Part shown: positions 1 to 13,996 of the stretch, piece by piece
Layout: the number at the start of each line of letters is the position of its first letter
Numbering within the stretch: the stretch's first letter is position 1
Assembly: GCA_904063045.1 (NCBI GenBank)
Contig: CAJFCJ010000010.1
Location: forward strand, 682,001 to 746,000
Direction: 5' to 3'
DNA: 64,000 nt
From: Dimorphilus gyrociliatus
Taxonomy: Eukaryota; Animalia; Annelida
The notes under the pieces: model-generated
The model's database searches: none
What the model was told of the DNA's origin: nothing
Seen by the model: only the letters and a program-made list of their open reading frames with translations
Program-made: the position numbers and the translations under genes

Positions 1-1195
1 ATAGCAAAGTCCAAAAAGGAATGTTCTTATTGTTAGGGATATTGAGAAATGCGAGGAAGAATTGAAGGAGTGATTTGCTATTATTATTATAATTTTCTTT
101 TAGTCTTTCTCTTTCTCCCTTTCTTTCTCTTGTTTAGCTGTTATATGTATATTGTTTTTCATAATAAATTCGCAATAGTTTCTAATTTATTAATTATATA
201 TGTTAATTGAATAAATGGAATTCATTTATTCTTTTATTCAATTGCTTCTTTTGTTCTTTCAAATGTTTCTCCTATACTAACCTTCGAGTTCTATAATAAT
301 CTAAACACCATTAATTTGTATAAAAGAAAAAAAAAGAAGGAAAAAAAAAACGACTATTTTAAATTTCTTAAAAGAGGGTTCTAATCGTTAGAGAGGTTCC
401 CTAATTAGACGTCAATCAAATCTCAAGGTTGATTAAGTTTTTTGGTCCTGGACTATGATGGGCTTTTTCTTTCGTTCTTTCTTCCTTCGCTTTACATTAT
501 TATAATTCTTTTTTTTTTTGATGGAAGGAGGAACTTGGTCATTTAAATTACTTGAATAATAGAAGCGTAAAAATAATAAACTTAAACATATTAAAGCGGT
601 ACAAATGTTGTTTTTCTTTCTTAGACGTTTAACAAAGCGTTACTCTATTTAGCTTTTGGATAAGAAACTATAAAAGAAATGTATTATTCCAAGTATTTTA
701 TTATTATGACTTGTCTATTTATTGTTATTATCTGATTATTATTTTTTTATATAGATATTTTATAATTATAACCAATCCTTTAAACTGTCACAAGAAGCTA
801 TTAATTTCTCGTCTATCAACATTTTGCCTTTTATTAATTTAGTTACGCTTATTGACGTTCGTCTTACATAATCCGCTATTTTTGATAATGAATGATGTCA
901 CCTATTCAATTTTCTTGTTCATCAAAGAAAAGAAGGCAAATGAATAATATTCGAGGCGCCATCTATAATTTCTTTAAGAGTAAGAAAACGATATAAACTC
1001 TAAGAATTATTTGTTGGTACTTTTTCATTATAAAACTGTTATTTCATTATTTTACAAAAATATTTAGCTAATTAGCATATGCATAAGTTAGAGTGATTGA
1101 AATTGTAAAATATTTGAAAATAAGATCAAGAAACTAAGTATACATTCAAGCCGATATTTTTGTAAATAGATTTTGGAATACAATCAGTTTACCTT

Positions 1196-1568
1196 TTATA
1201 TTTTTACACCAGGTGCAAAAAAATCTGGTAACAACAGGATATATAAACACACAGATATATTAATAAAAAATAAAGAAGTAATGGATAATGTATGGAAAAA
1301 AGAATATCCATCACTCTATAGACAAAGAAATATATTTTCAATACGACATTTAGATAGATACCTTCTCATTGGTTTTTTGAATAGGCGTCCTTTTATCTTG
1401 TACTTTTTTTAATCTTTGTTCCCTTAGAAATTTGGATTCTTTTCCCTTTTCGAAGGACAATATCTTCCTGTTGGAATCAATTGAATATCCGGTCTTATTA
1501 AACATATTTAACGAAATGCTCCTCCTCCTCCCCTTCTTCTTTTTCATCAAATGAATTTCGGACGACAT
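1196..1568 (-). CDS. Candidate small orphan protein (108 aa, 2 coding exons): basic N-terminus plus C-terminal hydrophobic helix
   Basis: Coding exons 1568-1362 and 1315-1196 are joined by a 46-nt intron (AAG|gtatct...tttctttgtctatag|AGT) that keeps the frame open: ...KTNEK/SDGYSFFHTLSITSLFFINISVCLYILLLPDFFAPGVKI*. A second canonical intron (1653-1578, atc|gtaagt...ttcatttag|) lies in the putative 5' UTR, and an Inr-like TCAGTC sits at ~1805-1800. No homologue recognised. Confidence 0.5.
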
Positions 1569-4500
1569 GATAAGATACTAAATGAAATGTTTGAAAAATA
1601 TAAAGAATTGTCTATGTATTCCATTCGAGTGCTGATAATAAATATTTACTTACGATGCTTCAAGAGCGATGATAGTTATTTAATTTATAAATTTAAATTG
1701 AACGATTAATAATAAAAAGTTTTTAAACTTGTGATTAAAATATTCAAGCTCGTCTCGTCTGCCGACTGTTTAGTCAATCATTTTTTGAAAGTGGAAGAAG
1801 ACTGACTATATCTTTTCGCATTTATACAAACATAGTTGCTAAAACAAGCTATTAGCCAGTCTTTAATATAAAAAATGATTATTTATTCAACCTAGTAGCC
1901 TTTTCATATTAAAAACTTATATCTCTAAGGTATAATTAATAACATCGAGTTTAAGTTTATGTTTTCAATAATTAAATTTTTTTTTTATTATAAACTTTGA
2001 TATCTCTGTCAGTGAAATGTTTTTGTTCTCTTAGCTGGTTGGTGCTTGTTTAATCAATCATTTATATTTAGATTATTCAAAATCCCCCCGTGTTTTATTT
2101 ATTCACTATCAAAGCTTAAGAGATCCTCAGAGATAGAGAGGGAAATATATATTTATTTTGCTAGTTATAACTTTGAGTAATATTCACTAATGGTTGAATA
2201 AATATATAGCAAAAGAAAAGCTATGACTTAAAAAGTATGAATAAAGGTTTAACCTAATTTTTCCTTTTTCTTTTTTTCTTTAGAGAAAAGTTACTTGTTC
2301 TTTGTTTTCATCTTTCACCACCTCTAGCTCTCCCCACCCTTTCTCTGCCCCCCACTATCTTTTCTTCTTTCTTTATTATCCTTTCTTTTTGGAAGATAGT
2401 GATTTTTTTCCCTTGCTCTTTAATAATTTATAACTTGTCGTAGTTACCTGTCGTAATCACTTAAAGTTTTGTTTTCATGATACGTCCCACAAGAGGGCTG
2501 TACTGTCTGTTAACGAGTGACGCATCTGTCACTAATTACTGTTTGACGCAGGATAAATTGGAATTCTCTACGGTCCTGCAATGTTAAAGTAAAGAAACTA
2601 GTATGGATAAATTAATTAATGAAAATGTAAAACTATTAAAAGTATTTGCGACCATGAAAGTTAAAACGAGCATGTGGAAACCAGCTACTCTTAAATTTTT
2701 AAAGTCCCTTATCAATATGCTAGATGGCAGCACTTCAAATTAAAATCATTAGCTGCTCCTCGATCTAATTCCTCTTTCTTCTTACTTTTTTTTATAGCTC
2801 TATAATCCGACAATTAAATCAAGCGTCGTATAACAAATAACATTACATAACTATCGATCATCAAAAGAATGCTTGTAAAGAGACGCCCGCCCGTATATAA
2901 TTAGAGACGCCACCTGTTTCGCTACGGCACAGGAATATAAAGATGTAATAATATCCTGTCACGAGCAGCTTATATGCAATGAAGATAGATAAGACATTGC
3001 ATTTGCAACTCCATTTTGCAAAACCATTCCCTCGATAATCTCCGGTTTGTTTTCTACCTTAAGAGGTACATTGATAAAATAAAGAGCCATTTATATGCCA
3101 TCTAGCGAGAAAAAGAAACGATTTCGACGAGGGAGGCTCTGAATTATTCCAGGATCCTTCGTGACTAGCATGAATTATTAATTAGGCCTAATTTAATTGA
3201 TATTTCCCAAGAAACTAATGACACAAAGTTATATCTTACAAGAAATTTCAAGAAAACATATCTACTTAAACACTTAATCTTACATCTTATCATCATCGGT
3301 ATTCGAATAATAGGCTATCTTCGGTAATCGGAAACAAGGTTACGTAAAGTAGCTAATTCTATCGACAAATAGATACTTGAAATTCTAACAAAGTTTCGCC
3401 CCCCATTTTTTTTACATAGTACAACTCTTAGCTCTCTCTCTGGCCTCTCATTGGTCTAACCTATTTAGAGAGATTAAGAGGCACAAATCGATAGTATTGT
3501 GTAGTTTTTCACTAACTACATAACGATACGTGCCTCAACATTGAAAGGATACGAGGATACACAGGGTCTCTGGTGTTTGCGCCAGAAGCCAAACAAAAAA
3601 GGCAATGGAGGTACTTGTTCAAACAAATTATCTGTTTAAACAAGCTGATGGGCAATAAAAAGAAACAAAAGAAAGAAAAAGGCAATTTCTTTTATTTCTT
3701 TAATAATTTTAATAAGATACGATCATTCATTCAAATAAAAATGTCATAAACAATGTTCCTCATTACCATCACCCTCATTTTTTCGTTACGTTCCATTAAA
3801 TTTTCCAACAATATTTGGATTTACATAGATAAATATCCTAGACATTCATATTCCGTTGCACCATCTGCTCTTTTCTGCAATTGATCCGAACATACAATCG
3901 GTACAAAGGAATACTTATTTATAACGCATATTAGTAATTCAAGCTGTGTTTTCTAAAATTCACATCACCCAGGAAAAACTCGTGAATAAACAGTGAAAAA
4001 GGGTGGGGAAATGCATGAATTTATTATAAGTATATTTTTTGTTTTTTCCTCTTTTCCCCCTTTTTTTTCCCTTCTATTTTGATATTCTTCTTTGAGTAAG
4101 CAATGGAAATAAAAAATAATATAATTATTGAGCTTACCGTACGGTGGCGCTTTCTAATTAAGAAAAAGGGGGAGGAGATTTTTTTCTTTATTTTCACCTT
4201 TACCCTCCCTAAAACCTACTTTTCTCAGTGTAATTGTATACAAATTGCGGAGGAGAAGAAAAGGGAAAGAGTAGCGTAAATATTTCCCTCCCTTCAATAA
4301 AATAAAAAGGAAGAAGAAAGGAGGAGGGTTTGGCACTTAAGTTTCAGAAGCACTTGTTATGTTTGAGCTGAACGCTATCTATTCCGGCAGAAAATTGGCA
4401 TTGTATTTATGTAGATTCGATTGCAAAGTCAAAAAAAAGGCCGGCGAATTCATTTAACATTCTAAAGACAGATGACGGAGTAAACGTGTTCCGAATTAGT

Positions 4501-5899
4501 TTCACATCCGTCAGTCGGCCCCTTACCTACTCCTGGGAAACGCCAGCGTCTCGCGTCTAATTGTTCCACCCGTATGTACCAGGGGGGAGAGGGAGGAAAC
4601 GACTCTATATTCATTTTAGACAAGCTATTGTTGCTAGTTTAAGAGGATTAACCAAACGGACTATTCCGGGGGTAATGTGACGTAAATTCGTATCACGTGA
4701 CATTTTAAGATGTCATACAGTCTCGAGAAATTCGCACAGGTGTTATCACGTCATCTCCCTTGTCGTCTTATCTTTACGCTTCGCGTTGTAATTTTCTTTC
4801 GAAACGCGCTTGAATTGCCTTTTGAAATTTCTTACAGATCATTTAACAGATACGAACTATTTCTTGTACCCTTCCCTCTCTATCGTATTTTTTCATCTTC
4901 TACCTGCAAATTAACGAGAAAATCCCTCCGGATAAAAAGAATTATGTATTGATTATGGAGGATACATTTTATTCTATATATGGTAAAGATTATAACCCAG
5001 AAATCCTTGTACAACCTACTTTTGCAACAAAACTGAAGTCATGACTTATAAATCAGCGAACAAAAGATTGAAAGACGTCGAATTGACTATCAACGATTAC
5101 AAACTGAATGAAAAACTAGAAGACAGGAATTATTTCTACCATTTTTATAATTAACTTCTGCCCAAATAAAAGATTACATTCTATTCACATGCCTTTATTC
5201 GAATAACCGTTTTTAATCTCTTTAGTCAAAGAAAGGAAAGACCCGTTTCGAGAGTAATTAATCAATGATTATTCTTTCTTTTCTCTTTTTTCTCTCCCCC
5301 CTCTCTCTCTCTTTCTCTCTCCCGCCCCTTCTTAGCTAATTATATTGGAAAATGATTACCTCTGCCCCATTCAGAAATATAAAGTTCGAGATAATTATTC
5401 TTTATAACAATACAAAGAAAAAAAAAATACACAATGTTCAATTTATATAATTACCTATTAAGAGGCTTTTAATTAATGTCTCTTTTAAATTAAAAACGGT
5501 TATACATTCCCTTCGTATTACCATTAGTTAATTTCTTCCCTTATTCGGTAGAAGAGAAAAACTAATACAAAGAGAAAGAGTTTGATTGATAAAACCATCT
5601 CTCTTTCTTCAGTTATTAATCTATAAAGGTTATACAAGTAAAACAGTTTAAAGTTGAAAATAATTAAGCGTTTAAGTTTTTTTTAAGTGAAACATAAAAC
5701 TTGGCCAGATTTCATGAATTACAACTATTTAATCTGGGAAATGAAAAAGCTGTTTACATCTTTTATAGCCTCAAAGGACTTGTATCGGCACGATAAACCT
5801 CGTTCCTAAAATGTAATTTTACTGCAATAAAAACTCGGTTGGATAACCTAAAAAAGACTTTAATTGTCAGGATTTTTCTTCTTTTTACATAAGATAAAA

Positions 5900-5903
<4 letters not shown>

Positions 5904-5930
<27 letters not shown>
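5904..5930. repeat. (TC)n microsatellite
   Basis: Uninterrupted TC dinucleotide run. Confidence 0.95.
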
Positions 5931-5936
<6 letters not shown>

Positions 5937-6669
5937 CTTCCTTTTTTTAATTTAATATTTTCCATTAAATTATTCAAAAGTATTTCTATAAACACTTTTT
6001 ATTTATGTCTCTTTTTGAGAATTGATTACCGCCTTGTCTTCTAAGAAATCATTTCTTTTTTACTTCCTGAAGGGAAGAGTGAGTGGGTGGGAAAGGAAAA
6101 CTAAATTTGAAAAGAATTTTAGACAGGATAGAGCATTAGCCCAATCTTGGTGACAGACCCGTCCAAGACAATCGCGTCAAACGCGTCAATTAGCTTAATT
6201 CCTTCTACTTTTCTCCCTCCTACCTTCCTTTCTAGGGTTATCCTATCGAATGAAAAAAAATACCTTAAATAACGAAACGCACACATACACAAGGAATTTA
6301 CCGTCGACCGAATCCTGATTATAAAAACAGCCGCCGGGGTCGTCATCAATCACGGCCGAACGACGTCAGAAGGAGATTTCAATACAGGAACCAACTCATA
6401 AAGTTTCAGGTCGCAGAGGTTAGAAGCAGGTGAGCCGTGTAAACGCTCTTCCAATTAACCTGTACTCCGAAACAAACGTCAAAATTCTTATGGCTTATAT
6501 TGTACGCAGGCTTATTTTAGCTGATGATATGCTCGAGGCAAACTATCCTAAGTAGCTTATGTAGTCGGAGCTATTTTGAAGCGGGTGTTTTGCTGTTAGA
6601 GCATATAATATCTCTAGCTTTTATTACAAATATTAAAGGGTTTAAGTTCTCTCTGTTTTCCATATTTCA

Positions 6670-6700
6670 ATATATATATATATATATATATACAGTATAC
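6670..6700. repeat. (TA)n microsatellite ending in TACAGTA
   Basis: TA run followed by tacagtatac. Confidence 0.9.
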
Positions 6701-9700
6701 ATTATATATATTTATTTATTTATACAGTATTTATATATAGACGAATTTAAATATACTTTTATTCTTTTTTATATACTAAAGATCAACTTTGTTTTAAAGC
6801 TTATGCCTCTTTTTTTTCCATAAGCTTAAATAAAACTACCGGAATAAACAGGCCGTGCTTAAGTGTTAGTTGTTGTTGACAGGCTAATGGAATGATGTCG
6901 GCTGGTAGGACGTCGTTGCATCATTTTTATGGTCTTGATTTTATCGATGTAAGCCACTCTCTTCCCTACAAAAAGAAATAGTGTCCAATACTGATTAGAT
7001 GTCTATATCGGTTAAAAGAAGTCAAGATTTACTAGCTTTTGCTTGTTAACTTAATTGTAAGGAATGGTATAATTAAACTAAATTTTCTCAAAGTCTTTTA
7101 ATTTTAATTTAATCTTGATTAGAATTTAGGAAACTGAGCTAAATTGCATGGGGATAAAATTACGATAGAATTTATATTTATTTCTTCGCAATAATAGATT
7201 TATTATTCGTTAGAAAAGAAAATAATATGTTATAAGAAAACGTAAATGGACTACTGCCAATCGGAAACGAACATTTATTTCTTTATATAAGATAGGATCA
7301 TCCTCTACTTAAACTTACATTACCACGGGAATTTCTTACCATATATACTCTAGTTACATTTTTAGTAAATGAAAAGTTTACAGTTTTTAATATCATCCTT
7401 TCTTTTTCATCTATTTATTATGAGATATTTAATATACAAGACTTTGTACATATACTGTATAGAATCCATGAGCAAAACCTTTTTTCTTCTGTCTCTCTCT
7501 CTCTCTGACTGGTACTAAATAGCACGTGTTATTATTTTTTTGTTAAATCAACCATTAAATAATATTAGTTTACTATCAATACCATTTACAGAAAAATTAT
7601 ATATACAATTCGTGTGTCAGTGATATTTCTTTCTATTTATCTCTTTCGTCTCCTTTCTTCCAATCTATTCCGATTTTTCTAGCTCTCTTTCTCTCCTCCA
7701 AAATGACTATTTATAGATATTTCGCATGAAATTATTAAGAGAACGCTACGTCCAATTATGGATGGACGCTGAAAACTGTTAATTAACGAAGTGAAATTGT
7801 GTTGGCGAATTGAATTTATCAACTTTATTTAGAATTTTGAAATTGCACCTATAAATAAACAAATCTACTTATATATCCATTGTTTAGGAGAGAGAGGATT
7901 CGACTCCCGGGGCAAGCTGTTGTTGGGAGCCATAAACAGATGATCACGTGATCGATTTCGGAATAGATCTGAAGCGGCAAACTTTCAATAGCTGAAAACT
8001 TTATGTGGATTGATTAATACCGAAAAAGCTGTTGAATAATAAAGCGAAATATCGTTATTTAGAATTGAAAAAAAGATAAAGGAAAAATATATATCTTTTC
8101 CTTTTTTTGACTTGTTATAAAGTAAACAATGATAATGTACAAAGGATTAAAAACTTTCCGAATGCATAATAGTTACCTGATACAGTTGAAGCTGTAGCTA
8201 ACCTTAAGATCAATCACACACGACCAATGAAAGTTGACAAGACGAAGCCTTAAACGGATTATTCTTTTTACAAGGAATATCCAAGGGAAAAAAGAACAGA
8301 GTAAAAGGAATAAGGAATCACCTGAACCCATTAAACGAAGCTTTAGAAAAATTTTATCAATATTACAAAAAAAAACTACTACCTGTGAAATAGAAACTAT
8401 CCTATTTAAACTATTAATTATATAATAACTTTACCAAAGAAATTAGCCAAAGTATTATAATAATAATAAACCAATAGTAATTCGCGAATTACTTTAAGTA
8501 TATATTTTCTAGCCTGAGGATTTTTCCTTTATTTAACCTACTAAAGTAATTATTTTTTTGGAAGAATATCATTGGAAGTTGGGTTAGTTTTGGTGTAAAT
8601 TCTTATTTCAATATATACTTGTTTAACAATTTTCGATTAATTACGCTCTAATAGGTTTGTAGAGGGAAAGTTATTAGTTATTTACTTTCTGAAGTTTCCT
8701 TTTTTTCTTTGTAAATATAAACAAGGTATTTTTTTTTACAGTCGAATGTAATGAAAAATTTACTTGTTATACAGATTTTATTATTTAAGTCAATTATTGA
8801 AACAGGTTTTGTCTCTTCCCCTTTTTTTTATTGCTTGCCAGACGTAACTATGTCCCTTGTTCTTATAAAAAGGTTGTAGAAGTGACATTGAACGAACGTC
8901 GACTGCAAGTCTTGTATAGAGATACTGATGAAATATTGTCGCTTGTGTAATCGAGTCACAACATAAAGGCAAGATGAGTAAGAAATAGCAAATCGATGGA
9001 TTATTTTTCTTCCATCTCTTCTTCTCCCTCTCTTACTGTATCTTTCTCTTCTTCTCACTTCCTATGTTTCATTCACGCTGGCTCTTTTTATCTTGTATTT
9101 CTCCTCGGGAACAGATACCTCTAAAACAAAAGTATAAAAGAAAACAAACGTTTGAAAGCAAAGATTTTCTAATAAATTTCAATATAAACATAAAGTATTT
9201 AAATCGTAAATTTCGATTGAATAGAGCTTAAGCCTCTTTGACAGTTTTTCTTTAACAAAAGAAGATGATATAACGTTGTCGCTTACATAAGAAAGCCAAT
9301 CTGTTGTGGCCAAGTGTTTAGCAGGGGGTATATAGAAGAGGTTTGTGTGAGGTTAAGAAAAGGAGATTTAAAATGCAAAAGGTATGAAAAGCAGGTTAGA
9401 GGCGGTACTATTAAATAGCCAAAGGGTTATGATTGTATCAAGTGTGCCCTGGCATGATGGAGGAAAAGCTCTACAACGTTAACACTTTATTGTCGTGACA
9501 AACGTTAAGAAGGTAGATATTTTTCATGAAGTTGAAATGGCACCTGCTCGAAATTAAAGCTCTTATATTATGTATCGTTAGTGGTATTCAAATTTCAGAT
9601 AGCTCTGAAAATGAATGTCTCTAATAACGTTTTCCCATCAAACAATAATAGTATGTGTAATTGACATCAACCATTTTACATAATCAGAGTAAGTCCGGTA

Positions 9701-9714
9701 CTATAGCGTAGTCT

Positions 9715-9724
9715 GTCACGTGAC
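9715..9724. promoter_or_regulatory. Palindromic E-box GTCACGTGAC (USF/MiT-TFE type)
   Basis: Exact 10-bp palindrome. Also at 21092-21101 and 21985-21994; TCACGTGA cores at 4693, 7944 and 10092. Motif match only. Confidence 0.45.
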
Positions 9725-12700
9725 CTAGATGAAATAAAATAAAAAGGCACCCGAGCCCGTATATCTCCCGCCCGGTTACTTTCTAAAGAATGGTAATAAT
9801 AGAACTGAAAAGGGGCTCTATCCATTTTCATAGTACTGTATATTTTAAAATTTTGACTGTAGCTAAAAAGGGAAACAGTTGGTTTGAAAATCCTCCGGAA
9901 GTAGAAGCCCGTACAAAACGGGAAGGAGTATTAATATTTATTACCGTTTTTTGGTTTCTTCTATTAAGAAAGAGTGGCGTTAAAAGGGTGTTGGTGGGGG
10001 GAAGGGGGTGGGGATTGGAGAAAAGAAAACGCCGCCAACAGCCCCATTTATCCACCATGACTGATGCGACACGGTCAGTTACAAAAAGGAATCACGTGAC
10101 CCGACTCAGTAAGTTTCATGACAAATCCTTCTCTATCAAAGTAGACCAATTGAAATTTGATCAATTGCTCAATCAAAAAAGGTTGAGCAATTTATTTAAT
10201 TCACACTACACTACAATTCACTGACAAAAGGGTAATACCTTGAAACAAGGAGGTAAAGTTTGACGTTAATTTAACCTTACGCTTACTTTATGCATCTACT
10301 GTATACTGGTGTGAGGGGCGCAAAAAGAAAATTTCCCATCAAGAGGTTAGGGACGTCCCACTTAGCATCTTCCATCCCCCGAAGGTAGATATTTTTCAGT
10401 TTTGAGGAATAGGGGAGAGAGAAGCGATATAAGAGAAGTAGAGGTGGAAGGATAAGAAGTGCTGCTGGTAATTGATAGTTTCGGCGTTGACGCGTTGCGG
10501 AAGGGGGAGGCAAAAGGGCCACGGCTTTTGCAGTCTACTGCGAAATTATACGTACCGACTAAGCTCTAGCCTGCAACACTCTAAGCCGCTTTTCTAGACG
10601 ACTGCAATTTGCCGGCTGCCAAAGTAATTTCGTCTAGTCGACGAACGGCGCGCGTAATCGATCTTGTTTCATTCGCCTTGAGGCGAGTTTAACGCAATAA
10701 TAAACTTGTCTAAACTAGCGATGATGTACGACTGTTACCGTATTATAAAATAGAATGAATATATAAAGCTTGTTAAAGGAAGGGGGTGTTATTGGTGGGG
10801 GCGGTGAAGGGGTGAGAGGAGTGGGGGGGGGGAATGTATAGTTGCACTCGACTCTTTTTGTTAGAGGAGTCGTTCGGTTAACAAAGGAAAAAGTCATTCG
10901 GAGTAATGGCGTCAGTAATCCTTGCAGGTACGCATACTGCGTTTTTTTTACAAGCCGCTTCACTTTCTGTCAAGTTTTACACCGTAGCTGTAGTGTAACG
11001 TTATATAGCCTTCGTCAACGACGCTGTAATCAATCTATCCGGGGGTTTTTTATTGAATTGTCAGAGATTCAGTATTTTTCGCTTAGCCATCAGGCCTTGT
11101 AAAATAGTCTAAAGAAGATAAATTCCACTAAATTAAATTCCTTTCCAAATATTAATTGGCATTTTTTAAAAGTAAAATTCAATAAATATTAATTGTTATG
11201 GAAAAAATATGAAATTTTTCATCATATCATCAGATATTTATAAACTTTATGTAATATATTTAATACTTTATTAAGTAGTATTTGTTCTGATATATAGATT
11301 ATCTTCCCAGTTTATTAATTAATATTTTCATATGTAATTTATTAGTTGTAAATCTGGAAAATTAGGAGAATACAATGTAAGTAAAAACTCTTCAATCAAC
11401 AATCGACGAATCAATTAACCGGAAAGAATTTAATTTTCCCTCTCTCTTCCACTTTTTTTTTTACTCCTATATCCTATCCTTCTTCTCCTACTTCGTCATT
11501 ACATGTTTTTATATATTTGTTTTTTATTCTATATCACATATATTCCCTTTTAAATTAAAAATAAACAGATTTCCTGTAATTTTTGATCCTAGTTGAAATT
11601 TAATACCAAGGTTGTGCGTATCGCTGGTATAAGTATACATATAGGCCTAAACGTTAGTAGGGAATATTTGATAGACGAACTAGGTTTAAACGAATATTAT
11701 ACAGTTTAGTTAAAGGATCATAAAAGTCAATTTTTTTAAGAGTATTCGATTGTTCTTCGATTAGGCCTATTAAAGTAAATATTTTAGATTTTTTTCATCT
11801 TGTTCACTTATTTATTAAAGTTAACAAACAGAATCAGCAAAAGTAATATTGAAAAGAAAAAAGCACTTGTATTTCAATTGCATAATCAAACTATATACTT
11901 TTATTGAACTCTTCGTATTAATCAATCAACAGCTGCAAGAAGCGATTTGGAATTTTCTTTTTCTCGTTTGACAGTTAAATTACAAAGTAGTTGGAAGACA
12001 TACTTGACGAATTGATACAAACATTCACTTGTATACCTAAAAGATCTAATAAAAGGGGACAAAGTGGAGAAATCAGAAACAAGAATCTTGGCCGTGTTTT
12101 TATCATGTTAATTAGCATCTTGTTAAGGAATTTCGGGGAGAGAAAAGAAGCGAATTTTTACAGGACTATCTAAGGAATTTATCATGCATAATAATACGGC
12201 CGATTGCACAATCCATAAACTAGCCAATCAACGGCCGATTAGCAGATAAAATTCTGTTACTGGAGTAACGACATTACAAAATATATCTGTATATTTATAT
12301 ACGAAAGCATTGTATAAGATAATATAACTGCATATTTACAGTATATATATATATATGATTTATCTATATATATACTATGTATGTGAATTATGTAATATAT
12401 GGTTAATAACACAGTATTATACTTTCTAAGAATCAGAGCCCAAGTTTTTGTCACAATCTGTCTAAACGCTGACAGAAAAGAGGAGAATTCATGGAGATTG
12501 CATTGATCAGCAAGAGAAACATATCCATTATATTCTAAGAAGTAGAAATTGCTCTTGATGACTTAGATATTGGATATAATGTTGCCGTTCAAACACGCAA
12601 TTGGGGACACAGCTCTGTCTGATTAGACAAATCTGTATTATATTCTTCTAAGAATGAAATTCAATAAGAGCACAAACTTGTGCGAATGCAAATATAAATG

Positions 12701-13785
12701 ATAGAGAACCATAAGTTATATGACTATTAATATATGTTGTAGATTGTATAGAATAAGTAATTGAATAGACAAAAGTATGATGTTTGATTCAACAAGTATT
12801 AGAATTCAAACGCAATATTGAATTGGCAGTTTGCAATATCCAGGAATACAAGCACTTAATCTTTGTTCATCCTTATTCCGTTCATATACAAAGTGTATAC
12901 ATACATATATAGATACGTCTATATAATAACTATACATAGATGCATACGTCTATATTGAACATACAGGTATATATATTGTTTATCTATTAATACATGTAAT
13001 ATTCATGTATATCAAATTATAAGTGAATGTTTGTTTCATGAATATAGAATTTAAATAAAATAACTGGCAACCGTTCATTACTTTTTAACAAATTAGCATT
13101 TTCCGTGAGGACAAAGTACAGATACATACAAGATTATCTGTAAAATTTATCATGCATGCACAGTACAGTGTCAGTTTTTATGAACGATCCCTTATGAAAA
13201 ATGCATCGGTTCGTCAGTTTACGATATAATCGACAATCGGGCGGTAATGCCACACCATTCTTGACGATTTTCTCACCACTTTACAACTATTTCCTTTGAC
13301 GACCTCAGCACGCGATTGTTTTGACTTCTTTCTTAACTCTTTCTCCTTCTCTCTCTCCCTCCCTCTTCTCTCGATTAAAGTCTTCTGTATGAACATCTGC
13401 CGTCCGTTGTGCTAAAAAAAATAATGACAGGGCCAAAAGCCGACACCCCTTATTTGAGGCGGCCACCCCTCGGGAAAATCTCTTCAAATCGACTCGTCCA
13501 CTCGGCTCCTTTCAGTCGGCCACCGACAGCTGATGGGATTAAGTGTAGTTTTTAGTGAACACTGTTTAGAGAACTGTATCGGACAGGTTGGAGGAAACGA
13601 AAGGAAGAAAATTATCTGATAACAATCTCACTATTCTCTCTCTCTCTTCCAAATATCAGCAGACGAAGCGACACTTTATACCGTTTTTTTAAAAATTGTT
13701 TTAATAGTTCTTCAATAGTTTTATGATAAATTTTTTTTATTTTACTACTTCGTTACTATGCGGATGTAAAATACTATCAACTAGA

Positions 13786-13802
13786 ACAACAACAACAACA
13801 AC
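13786..13802. repeat. (AAC)n short tandem repeat in the putative DDR 5' UTR
   Basis: aacaacaacaacaacaa. Confidence 0.8.
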
Positions 13803-13996
13803 TAAAAGGGAAAATAAAAGAGGAGAATATAAAGTTTTACTTTTATAGAGAATAAAAGAAAAGCTACCCATAAAAAGGGAGATTTTCAACAATTAATAGA
13901 AGATAAAAAAGAAAGAGGAGAAGAAGGAGTAGAAGGAAGAAGGAAGAAGTAAAAAATAATAAAAATAACAACAAACAAAATTATAAAAAACAATAA

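Noticed and set aside
6398-6412. AAAGTTTCAGGT matching the 3' half of miR-87
   Set aside because: The seed end does not match and no hairpin partner was seen.
7896-7912. GGATTCGACTCCCGG resembling a tRNA T-loop/B-box (and the tmRNA 5' motif)
   Set aside because: No acceptor stem, D-arm or anticodon arm can be folded from the flanks, and the context is eukaryotic non-coding DNA.
9790-10224. 144-aa ORF in the track
   Set aside because: Composition comes from G-runs and regulatory motifs; no domain or splice support.
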